20,000 nucleotides of DNA from an uncultured bacterium (lineage in GTDB: Bacteria > CAYUVA01). The DNA is taken from NCBI GenBank assembly GCA_964448115.1, contig CAYUVA010000020.1, positions 51,226-71,225 of the forward strand. The letters run 5' to 3'. Made by a program: the position numbers and the translations under genes. The notes beneath the pieces were generated by a model. It did not search any database. It saw only the letters and a list, made by a program, of their open reading frames with translations, and was not told the origin of the DNA. The first letter of the stretch is position 1. The number at the start of each line of letters is the position of its first letter. Positions 1 through 8,518 of the stretch are shown piece after piece.

Positions 1-526
1 GATATATTTATTGCAGAAGTTGATCTTACTTTTAGGGCATCCGGTGTACTCGCTATCGGTGGTCTTGTTCTCGATGCTCATATCGAGCGGACTGGGCAGT
101 CGGGTTACATCTTCAGTAACCCCCGGCAAGGCGGCTTGCCTGGTAAAGATACCTTTATTGATCATCGTATTGCTTCTCATTTTATATACATGTCTCATCC
201 CCTTTATCCAGGAAGCCTTCATAGGCAGTCCTTTATGTCTAAGGATAGCGATCTGTTTGGTGATTATTTCGATGGTCGGCTTTTTCATGGGTATGCCTTT
301 TCCATTGGGCATCAAGATAGCCTCGCAGGGTAATTCGAGCATGATTCCTTACCTATGGGCAATAAACGGCGCATTTAGTGTTTTCGGCTCGGTGGCGGCA
401 TTTGCCCTTGCCATGAGTTTCGGTTTCAGCAGTGTCTTATACCTGTCGATAGTTATTTATTTAACTGCAATGCTGATAAGCCTTGCTTTGTCCCCCAGCA
501 AGACAGCCGTAGATGGCATTAATTGA
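1..526 (+). CDS. 3' part of a multi-pass membrane protein, C-terminal TM region of the spermidine-synthase-like/SAM-dependent membrane family (5' end outside window)
   Basis: Frame is open from position 2 (IYLLQK...). About 5 hydrophobic segments, with motifs QKLILLLGHPVYSLSVVL, GMPFPLG and WAINGAFSVFGS that I recognise from this family. Confidence 0.7.
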   Translation, partial: IYLLQKLILLLGHPVYSLSVVLFSMLISSGLGSRVTSSVTPGKAACLVKIPLLIIVLLLILYTCLIPFIQEAFIGSPLCLRIAICLVIISMVGFFMGMPFPLGIKIASQGNSSMIPYLWAINGAFSVFGSVAAFALAMSFGFSSVLYLSIVIYLTAMLISLALSPSKTAVDGIN

Positions 527-589
527 TATTATTTGAAAAAGAGATTATGTATGGTAATTATAATAATAGATATAAAAATCGGTTAGGGT

Positions 590-1792
590 ATGAGTCCAAA
601 GAACAAGGATTGCATTGAGCTTTCAATAATCATCCCCAATTTTCAGTCTTCGGATCTGCTTAACGATCTTATTAACTCCATATTATCCTCGAAATTGAGC
701 GTCTCTTTTGAGATTAATGTTGTAAATCATGGCTATATCGACGATCTAGAGCGATGTAGAGCCAAATTTACAAAGGTGAAGTACATGAATACCGGTACAA
801 TTCATGGTTATGCCAAGCCATGCAATATCGGCTGGCGTGCAAGCTGTGGAAAGTATCTATTATTCTTAAATGCGGATACTATTATAGAGCCTGGGACAAT
901 CAATGATATGGTTTCAGAGCTAGATAAGCATCCTGGGTGGGGAATTATAGCGCCTAGAACCAAGGTTTACCATAAGGATATGGATCTTTTTGTAACTTAT
1001 ATAGAAGCCCCGAGTCCGATAGAGATAGCGCTTGACCATACATTTTTTTCTAAAATAGGGGGAATCTTTCCAATGGTAAGAAAAACCTGGAGGAATTACC
1101 TGTCAAAATTGGGCGAAGATGGCACTCCCATAAGCGTGCCTTCTGTATGTGGAGCGATAATGATGGTTCGCAGATCAATGTTCGAGGCATTAGGAGGTTT
1201 TTGCGAGGACTTCATTTCCGGCTATGATGATATTGATCTATGCAGCAGGGCAAAGAAGCATGGATATGATGTTATCCTATTACCGAACCTGGAAGCATTT
1301 CATTACTGTGCAAGGATCAGAAGGAGGTTCTATGGCAAAGATCCGAGCAGTGAATTCTGGAGGAGTCAGAATAACATGCATCTTAAATATATTCATAACA
1401 ATTACGGATATATACCGTATTTACTGCTTAAACTATTCTTAAGATTAAATGATATTTTCATCGATATTTTTAATGATTCGAGGGGAGCAAGAAATACTAA
1501 TCTATATTACTTAAAGGATCTTGTCCCTCTAGAGTCGATCATTTTATCTTGGCATGATGAAGCTAAAAAAGATATAAATAAGTTTATACTTGAGATATCA
1601 CACTCCAGGTTATTTTATTCCAAAATGCACACCATAATAGAAGATAAACAATTTGAAATGAATCGAGAACTACTTGAGGGCATGCTACCTAAAAGGTACT
1701 ACTGGCGAGTATTCGGAATGATTAATAACCGACCGATTTTAAAGCCAATCAAGGTTGGCTGGTTCTTTCCTTATAAAAAAGAAAGTGCTTAA
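590..1792 (+). CDS. Family 2 glycosyltransferase with C-terminal beta-rich (FN3/Ig-like) extension
   Basis: LSIIIPNF, GYAKPCNIG, YLLFLNADT, CGAIMMVRR, GGFCEDF and YDDIDLC motifs. Tail contains IILSW...FILEIS...YYWRV. Confidence 0.88.
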   Translation: MSPKNKDCIELSIIIPNFQSSDLLNDLINSILSSKLSVSFEINVVNHGYIDDLERCRAKFTKVKYMNTGTIHGYAKPCNIGWRASCGKYLLFLNADTIIEPGTINDMVSELDKHPGWGIIAPRTKVYHKDMDLFVTYIEAPSPIEIALDHTFFSKIGGIFPMVRKTWRNYLSKLGEDGTPISVPSVCGAIMMVRRSMFEALGGFCEDFISGYDDIDLCSRAKKHGYDVILLPNLEAFHYCARIRRRFYGKDPSSEFWRSQNNMHLKYIHNNYGYIPYLLLKLFLRLNDIFIDIFNDSRGARNTNLYYLKDLVPLESIILSWHDEAKKDINKFILEISHSRLFYSKMHTIIEDKQFEMNRELLEGMLPKRYYWRVFGMINNRPILKPIKVGWFFPYKKESA

Positions 1793-1795
1793 AAA

Positions 1796-2968
1796 ATGAA
1801 TAAAATTGCAATTGAAAAGCTAAAAAGGGGGCTAAGTAAGCCCCAGATCATCAAGAATAAAATCAAGCAGAGGTTTAAATTCCTGGGTTTGGACTATAGG
1901 TGGGGCAAGGGCTATTCCTTTTTACCCACAGTGATATTTCATTCTCCGACGCTAAGGTGCAATATCAGTTGCATTTACTGCAATATTCCCCAGGAGTCAC
2001 AAAGGGTTAGAATAGATGGTGCCCGGCACTACGCTGAGGAGCTAGAGTGGGAAAAAATGGATCAGGTTTTGGAGAATTATTCCTTTTTCAAGCCGAATGT
2101 GAATATCAGCGGAGGAGAACCATTGCTTTATCCACATATAATAAAGATGCTTAGAAAACTGGCATTAGAGAAGAATTTATGCGTCAATCTCTCGACAAAC
2201 GGTGTTCTCCTTGCTGATATTGCAGACGAAATACTGAACAGCGGCATTACCAGTTTAATAATATCCATTGATGGCATCGGCGAACAACATGATAAGGCAA
2301 CCATGAAGGGAACCTTTGGTAGAGTCATGAATGGCATTGACCGCGTTAAAATACTTTTAAGCCGTAGCAATGGATTGTATCTCAACCTGGTTAGTATTTC
2401 GGTAATAAACCAACATAATTATATGAATCTACTTGAACTAGTAAAAGAGCTTCATAAGATGGGATTCAAAAAGATTCAGCTTCATCATCGAGGTTTTGAT
2501 CAGGGATATCTAGTTGAAAAACACAATCGAGTTTATGATGATCCTTTGCTTTACAAGGGATGGATACATGGCGGAATCACAGCAGAGGAGCAAAATAAGC
2601 TGATAGATGTTGATATTCTATATCACAATCTAAGGGAGGTTGAAAGATTTGCTGAGGCAAAAGGGATTTATTTGAACATTGTACCCAATCTGACTAAAGA
2701 GGTGATGGAAAGGTTATATCAAGAGCCTAGCCAACTTAAACCAATAGGGAATGGTTGCAAGATTCTATGGCATGTGGCTTATATAATGCCCAACGGACAA
2801 GTATTTCCCTCCCTTTGGTGTTTTTTCCACCCGCTTGGGTCACTTTTAGAATCGAGGTTTTGTAAAATTTGGAACAATGAGGAATATCGTAAAATTCGGC
2901 GTTATCTTGTGAAAGAGGGTTATTTTGATATCTGTGGTGTTTGTCTAATCTCTCACGGCGCCTGTTAA
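1796..2968 (+). CDS. Radical SAM protein with SPASM/twitch domain
   Basis: CNISCIYC, SGGEPLL, STNG, ISIDG; C-terminal C..LW..AYIMPNGQV...C...IWN...CGVC. Starts 3 nt after the GT2 stop. Confidence 0.92.
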   Translation: MNKIAIEKLKRGLSKPQIIKNKIKQRFKFLGLDYRWGKGYSFLPTVIFHSPTLRCNISCIYCNIPQESQRVRIDGARHYAEELEWEKMDQVLENYSFFKPNVNISGGEPLLYPHIIKMLRKLALEKNLCVNLSTNGVLLADIADEILNSGITSLIISIDGIGEQHDKATMKGTFGRVMNGIDRVKILLSRSNGLYLNLVSISVINQHNYMNLLELVKELHKMGFKKIQLHHRGFDQGYLVEKHNRVYDDPLLYKGWIHGGITAEEQNKLIDVDILYHNLREVERFAEAKGIYLNIVPNLTKEVMERLYQEPSQLKPIGNGCKILWHVAYIMPNGQVFPSLWCFFHPLGSLLESRFCKIWNNEEYRKIRRYLVKEGYFDICGVCLISHGAC

Positions 2969-2984
2969 TAAAGGTACAATCATA

Positions 2985-4493
2985 ATGCGAATTATATTCA
3001 TCTGCTGGGGAACTAGCTTAACGCAACTTGGTTCAAGATATTTGTCATCAGTGGCAAAACTGCATGGACATACCTCGACCATACTTTTTATACCCAAAAC
3101 AGGAAAAGGATTACTAGAGTTGGTAGAGCATGAAATTATCCTAAAGTTCATAAAGGATTGGGAACCTGATCTTATAGCATTTTCAGTGCTTACATTACAT
3201 TTTGAGAGCTGTCGAAACCTTTGTAATTATCTGCGTAACTATTTGGATATTCCTATTATCTGGGGAGGAGTTTGTCCCACCTTGAATCCAGAGCTTTGTA
3301 TCCCTTGTGCGGATGCTGTTTTTATTGGTGAAGGTGAGATTCCGCTTGAAAAGTCTATTCAAGCCTTGCAGGGAAATTTGAATATAAAAGATGTCCCCAA
3401 TATAGTTTACATGCGGGATCAGACTCCTGTATATAATGCCCTATATCCACCTCCCCACATAGATGACCTTCCTTTTCCAGATTATGATTCTCCGAGTCAT
3501 TACATTCTTATGGATCGAGTAGTTAATCGCTTGAGTCTTGAAATAGAAAAGTATTTCGTGCCATTGAACATGAATGCACACTATATAATGAGCAGTCGAG
3601 GATGCTTGTACAATTGTAATTACTGCATGGGACATATTCAAAACAATAAATTGAAAGCTGGTTACAGAGCTCGCTCCATTGAATCAATGCTCAAGGAAAT
3701 GAAGTTGATAAAGCAAATGCGTCCTCAGATCAAGTATTTCGGTATAGTGGATGAATTCATTCTTCACCGAGGAGCTGAATGGGCAAAAACATTTAAAGAT
3801 ATATATAGAAAAGAGGTTGGTTTACCATTTTCTGCATATATGGCAATCAAAAATGTGGATGTAGAGGGATTGGATCTGATGATAGAGGCTGGATGTTATG
3901 GAATAACCCTGACCATAGGATGTATATCTGACAGAATAAACAAGGATATCTTCCAGCGTCCGGTGGAAATATCTCAAGTAGAAAAACTTATCGAGATCAT
4001 AAATAAACGCCGAGATAAAATACATTATCTTTGTATAGATTACCTTACGGATAATCCTTTCGAGAATGTGCAAGATAAAAAGAAAATGATTCAAACCCTA
4101 TTAACAGTAAAACGACCATTTAGAACTGTACGAATAAATTTGATGTTCTATGAAGGCATGAGGATTGTTGAACAGGCAAAGGCACATCGTATTTCAGATA
4201 TCGATACCCGCATTCAGGCAACCTTTAATCGTACCATCTTTGATGACCAAAAGGATACATTCTCACGGATGCTTCTGGTTTTACCTAAATCTCCCCATTT
4301 TATTGCCAAATTGCTGGCTGGCACCTATGGAAGCAGATTGGGAGATATTCTAATACATATTTATTACCCTGTCTGGAGGATTATTGGCGGTTTAATAAGA
4401 AGATCAAGATGGCATACTTTAAGGATTTATAATATCTTTAAGCCGTTTTCACTCGATTCCCAAAAAGACATAACCTTATCGCATTGGTTTTGA
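2985..4493 (+). CDS. Cobalamin-binding radical SAM protein (class B methyltransferase-like)
   Basis: N-terminal B12 domain (PDLIAFS, IIWGGVCPT, FIGEGE), DDLPFPDY, then SSRGCLYNCNYC. Confidence 0.9.
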   Translation: MRIIFICWGTSLTQLGSRYLSSVAKLHGHTSTILFIPKTGKGLLELVEHEIILKFIKDWEPDLIAFSVLTLHFESCRNLCNYLRNYLDIPIIWGGVCPTLNPELCIPCADAVFIGEGEIPLEKSIQALQGNLNIKDVPNIVYMRDQTPVYNALYPPPHIDDLPFPDYDSPSHYILMDRVVNRLSLEIEKYFVPLNMNAHYIMSSRGCLYNCNYCMGHIQNNKLKAGYRARSIESMLKEMKLIKQMRPQIKYFGIVDEFILHRGAEWAKTFKDIYRKEVGLPFSAYMAIKNVDVEGLDLMIEAGCYGITLTIGCISDRINKDIFQRPVEISQVEKLIEIINKRRDKIHYLCIDYLTDNPFENVQDKKKMIQTLLTVKRPFRTVRINLMFYEGMRIVEQAKAHRISDIDTRIQATFNRTIFDDQKDTFSRMLLVLPKSPHFIAKLLAGTYGSRLGDILIHIYYPVWRIIGGLIRRSRWHTLRIYNIFKPFSLDSQKDITLSHWF

Positions 4494-4499
4494 TAGTTA

Positions 4500-5633
4500 T
4501 TAAACATAATCCTCGAAAAGCCATCTTCTCCCACATTCTGGACAGCGATGCATCCCCATTTCAAGTATTTTCTGATTGAGGGTGGGTAACATCTTTTTGC
4601 TCCAAATATCGACCAAATTATCCTCCAAAATATTACCCCATATTATATTCAAATTATCACAACAAGTTCCCACATCTCCATTATGATGGATATAAATATA
4701 TTCAATAGGACTATCCTGATACAGTCGTAACTTGATGTTCTTTGACCTCCAATATGGCAGCTTCCTTTTAATTTTATTTATAATTAACTTATGGAACCTT
4801 GGTCCAAGCTGCTGTGATTTACATATAAATCTATTATATACTTGTATATAAATGTCCTTCTTGGATGTGTAAAAAGAATTAAGATATATCAACTGATTTA
4901 TGTATTTAGGTCTAAACGATCTGTATTTGGCTGGATAGTTGTTGTCAAGTAATTTGGGAAAGCTAAGGTTCACGCCCAATTTCCTTGCCAGTTTTACCGC
5001 CTGTGAAATAGCATCAAAGGTCTCCTCTTGTGAAGGATGGCTTAAGGTTTCATCGCTGAATTCAGTGCGTCTAAAATATGTGATGGTTACCTTTTCCACA
5101 TTGTATCGATGTGCCAATGCAACGAGCTTGGGGGCTTGATCTATATTGATATTCATCCCAACCATATTGAACCACAGCTTAGGATAATCGATTCCCATGG
5201 TTAGCTTTTTGTTTTTTATAATTTCTATTTTATGAAGAATCTCACTAAGTTGGGAAGGGTGTCTTATCCGCTGGTAAAGACCATCCTCTGCTGCATCTAA
5301 TGAGATGGTAAGGAAATCTAGCCTGATGTCTAGCAGTTTATCTATCAACTGCTCATCAAGCATGGTGCCATTGGTATATATTCTTAAAGATAATCCATGT
5401 CGTTTTATCTTGGTAAGAAAATCGATAGTATTGGGATTTAAGAAAGGCTCTCCCGTACCAACAATGACAATCTCGTAAAGATAGGGGAATACTGGGAGCA
5501 GCCTATTGAATACCTCTGGGGTCATCATTCCCTTTTTTATCTTGGGATCTGGATTAGGGCACATCGGACAGTTTAAATTACAGATGCTTGAGGGATCGAG
5601 CATCATCCTCTTGGGAAAAAATAGATCTTGCAT
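4500..5633 (-). CDS. Radical SAM protein with SPASM/twitch domain (377 aa; start moved to ATG 5633)
   Basis: CNLNCPMC, GTGEPFLNP, YTNGT, ISLDA, NGDVGTCC, GNI...IW, CPEC. AAAGGAT precedes ATG 5633, and the longer ORF start (5762) would overlap pfkA. Confidence 0.88.
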   Translation of the reverse strand: MQDLFFPKRMMLDPSSICNLNCPMCPNPDPKIKKGMMTPEVFNRLLPVFPYLYEIVIVGTGEPFLNPNTIDFLTKIKRHGLSLRIYTNGTMLDEQLIDKLLDIRLDFLTISLDAAEDGLYQRIRHPSQLSEILHKIEIIKNKKLTMGIDYPKLWFNMVGMNINIDQAPKLVALAHRYNVEKVTITYFRRTEFSDETLSHPSQEETFDAISQAVKLARKLGVNLSFPKLLDNNYPAKYRSFRPKYINQLIYLNSFYTSKKDIYIQVYNRFICKSQQLGPRFHKLIINKIKRKLPYWRSKNIKLRLYQDSPIEYIYIHHNGDVGTCCDNLNIIWGNILEDNLVDIWSKKMLPTLNQKILEMGMHRCPECGRRWLFEDYV

Positions 5634-5649
5634 ATCCTTTTTCGTCTGG

Positions 5650-6672
5650 CTAGCCGAAGAAGATCTCGGCTGCGTTATATATGTCGAAGTCGAGCTTGCG
5701 AGGAGCCTTGCTGGCGTGATGCAGCGAGACAGAGTCATACTTGCCCCCGCGAAAAACAACACACTTGCCGAACTCTCTATCCTGCACCATCTGCACCGCC
5801 TTAAGCCCGAACATGGTGCCGAGCTGCCTGTCGAAGGGCGATGGAGTGCCAGCGCGCTGGAGATAACCGAGCACGGTTACCTTGGTCTCAATATCGATGC
5901 GTTGTCTTATCTCGCCGGCAATGATATGGCTTATCCCTTCCAATGCCTTTCTTTTGCTTGATCTCTCCATTTCATCCCTGAAGTCTTTTACGCCCGGTGG
6001 AGGCTTGATCCCCTCTGCGACCACAACGATGCTGAACCGCTTGGTATGGTGTCTTTTTTGCAACATGATAGCCAACTGCTCGATGTCATAAGGTACCTCT
6101 GGAATGAGAATACAATCTGCACCACCAGTGAGTCCACCCACCATAGCCAGCCAGCCGCTGTGGCGACCCATGACCTCCACTATCATACAGCGATGATGAG
6201 AGGCAGCAGTACTGTGCAGCATATCGAGAGAATTAGCAACCACATGCACAGCGGTATCAAAGCCGACTGCATAGTCGGTGCCGGCAACATCGTTGTCGAT
6301 TGTTTTAGGGATGCCCACGATTGGCAAGCCAATTTGAAATGCATCGTTAGCAATTCCCAAAGTGCCATTCCCACCAACACAGATAAGTGCATCCAGCTCC
6401 AAAGCCTCGAAGCCGGCTCTAACCTTATTACCATCGGGATCATCGGCAAAGGGATCGAACCTGGAGGTATTAAGTATAGTGCCCCCACTGAACAATATCC
6501 CAGAGGCATCCTTAGGGTGCAATTGCCTGCCAGCTAAATTAACTAACCCCTCCCAGCCGTCATAAATGCCGAACACTTCATGACCACGAGGCAAGGCAGA
6601 CTTGACCACCGCCCTGATCACTGCATTCAGTCCGCTACAATCGCCACCACCGGTCAAAATACCTATCTTCAT
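5650..6672 (-). CDS. pfkA: 6-phosphofructokinase, probably ATP-dependent
   Basis: ILTGGGDCSGLN, GGNGT, PKTIDND, EVMGR, VLGYLQR. Gly at the GGxG/D position favours ATP over PPi. Confidence 0.93.
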   Translation of the reverse strand: MKIGILTGGGDCSGLNAVIRAVVKSALPRGHEVFGIYDGWEGLVNLAGRQLHPKDASGILFSGGTILNTSRFDPFADDPDGNKVRAGFEALELDALICVGGNGTLGIANDAFQIGLPIVGIPKTIDNDVAGTDYAVGFDTAVHVVANSLDMLHSTAASHHRCMIVEVMGRHSGWLAMVGGLTGGADCILIPEVPYDIEQLAIMLQKRHHTKRFSIVVVAEGIKPPPGVKDFRDEMERSSKRKALEGISHIIAGEIRQRIDIETKVTVLGYLQRAGTPSPFDRQLGTMFGLKAVQMVQDREFGKCVVFRGGKYDSVSLHHASKAPRKLDFDIYNAAEIFFG

Positions 6673-6675
6673 TAT

Positions 6676-6774
6676 TGTCTAGTTGATTCGTTTCTGGTTG
6701 ATTTGTTTTTTTTTTAATATGTTTCTAGTTAGTTGGTTGTCTTGTTAGTCTGTTTCCAGTTTATGCTGCCAGTT
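6676..6774. repeat. Low-complexity intergenic tract with degenerate (T)TCTAGTT/TCCAGTT units and a T10 run
   Basis: TGTCTAGTTGATT 6676-6688, TTTCTGGTTGATT 6691-6703, GTTTCTAGTT 6721-6730, GTTTCCAGTT 6752-6761, GCCAGTT 6768-6774; T10 at 6706-6715. Confidence 0.6.
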
Positions 6775-6780
6775 AAGACC

Positions 6781-7674
6781 TTATCCATCAAAGACCGTTA
6801 CCATGTTCCTGCCTGCTGCCTTTGAGCGATAAAGCGCCTGGTCAGCATGAATAATTAGCGTGTCAACCGAGTTTATCTTCTTGGTGAAGGAAGCTACTCC
6901 GATGCTAACCATGACTTTCATCTCATCGTTATCAGAGAATTTATAGCTCTCTATATACTTCCTTAACTTCTCCGCCACGAAGTGCGCCTCGTTGCTTGCG
7001 GTCTCCGGCAGGGCTACAACGAACTCCTCGCCGCCGTAACGGCACGCAATATCATGCTTGCGCAGCTTCTTGATCAGAATCTTGCCCAACTCTTTCAAGA
7101 CCTTGTCCCCGACGGCATGACCGTAAGTATCGTTTATGTCCTTGAAGTGATCGATATCTATCATCAAGATGGATAGCTCTCGCTGGTATCTTCTGGCTCT
7201 ATATAGCTCCTTCTCCAGTTCCTCAAGGAAATGCTGACGGTTATGAAGACCGGTGAGATCATCGGTGGTAGCCCGGCTGTAGATCTTGTCCTGGTAGGAG
7301 ATCTCGACCCTATCGCGGTGCAAAAATTGCAGGATGGTATTGCCCATCAATATCTTGTCTTCGTTCTTGAGCAGTCTCTTGTTAACCTTGTTGTTGTTTA
7401 CGAAGGTACCGTTGGTGCTGTCCAGGTCAAATATATAGTATCGCTCATTGCCCTTTTTATCCTTGCTTTTAACTATCTGGCAGTGGGTTCTGGACATCAT
7501 CCTGTCCAGAATCTGTATATCGCAGTTATCGCCGCGACCGATGATGGTGTGATCCTTCTCGATCACGTACTCCTTGCCGATACTCGGTCCCCCAAGCGTA
7601 ATCAGTACCACTCGTTCCTTGTCCAAGGAGAGTTTCGAGTACGGTATCTTTTGGGTGGATTCTTTCTCAACCAT
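6781..7674 (-). CDS. FHA-domain diguanylate cyclase (GGEEF)
   Basis: FHA motifs IIGRG, SRTH, DLDSTNGTFVN; GGDEF-domain motifs DDLTGLHNR, DIDHFKDINDTYGH, RYGGEEF, with RxxD I-site (RKHD). Confidence 0.95.
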   Translation of the reverse strand: MVEKESTQKIPYSKLSLDKERVVLITLGGPSIGKEYVIEKDHTIIGRGDNCDIQILDRMMSRTHCQIVKSKDKKGNERYYIFDLDSTNGTFVNNNKVNKRLLKNEDKILMGNTILQFLHRDRVEISYQDKIYSRATTDDLTGLHNRQHFLEELEKELYRARRYQRELSILMIDIDHFKDINDTYGHAVGDKVLKELGKILIKKLRKHDIACRYGGEEFVVALPETASNEAHFVAEKLRKYIESYKFSDNDEMKVMVSIGVASFTKKINSVDTLIIHADQALYRSKAAGRNMVTVFDG

Positions 7675-7726
7675 ATACAGGTACTATATCACATTAAAAT
7701 CGAAATCTGAATATATCTTAGACAGA

Positions 7727-8503
7727 TTATTGCAGGAATGCCTTGAACCCCTCGATTGTTGGTGGGATAAGCTTCTTGTGAGCCTGGAGCTTTTCTAGCA
7801 AGGTGGGATCTTCATCAATAGCCTTAAGCCACATATCCAGAATATCGGTTCCCGCTGGCTTCGGCTCAAGTTTACCGCAGACTACGCTAGCTTGGAACGA
7901 GGTCATTCCGGCATCTTTGGCTGCCAGGAAATTCTCGGCAGCTATCTTGCCAAAATCGAAGGCATCGATGTTCACCCGCTGCACCTTTTCTCCCTTAGCC
8001 TTAAACAGCAGCATAATAAATTTCTTCATGACCTGCTCATCCAGTGGAAGGCGCTTGCTGGCTGCACCGATCATGACCATGTTTTGAGCCTTGCCGCTGC
8101 CTGCCTTGCGAGCAAGGTCTTCCGAGTTGACTAAAATATGATTTTTAAGGCTCTCAAGTTTATCGATTATCTCCTCGAGCTGCGGGTAGTCGGGTATATT
8201 CACATAGGGATTGGAGCTGGCTACAATTATCCCGTCATAGCTAAGATATCCTACATATCTAAGCGTCTCCAACGGCTCTACGCTCAAGATCATATCTGCC
8301 GATCCGGCGGGAACCAGGTCGCTGAATATCTGCTTATCCGAGATTCGTATATGCGAGCTGACTGCACCGCCTCGCTGAGCCATCCCATGAACCTCGGACT
8401 GCTTGAAGTTATACCCCATGCTCATCGCCGAGTTGTCTATGATAAACGAAATGGAAAGTATCCCTTGTCCACCGACTCCGCAGGTGATAATATCGTACTT
8501 CAT
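7727..8503 (-). CDS. iorB: Indolepyruvate:ferredoxin oxidoreductase beta subunit with C-terminal extension
   Basis: GVGGQGI, SEVHGMAQRGGAVSSHIR, NMVMIGA; directly downstream of iorA with GGGGG RBS-like site. Confidence 0.92.
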   Translation of the reverse strand: MKYDIITCGVGGQGILSISFIIDNSAMSMGYNFKQSEVHGMAQRGGAVSSHIRISDKQIFSDLVPAGSADMILSVEPLETLRYVGYLSYDGIIVASSNPYVNIPDYPQLEEIIDKLESLKNHILVNSEDLARKAGSGKAQNMVMIGAASKRLPLDEQVMKKFIMLLFKAKGEKVQRVNIDAFDFGKIAAENFLAAKDAGMTSFQASVVCGKLEPKPAGTDILDMWLKAIDEDPTLLEKLQAHKKLIPPTIEGFKAFLQ

Positions 8504-8518
8504 CGAGTTTCCCCCTAT

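Noticed and set aside
5634..5762. N-terminal 43-aa extension of the rSAM ORF in the ORF track
   Set aside because: Overlaps the pfkA 3' end in another frame; ATG 5633 gives a normal rSAM N-terminus.
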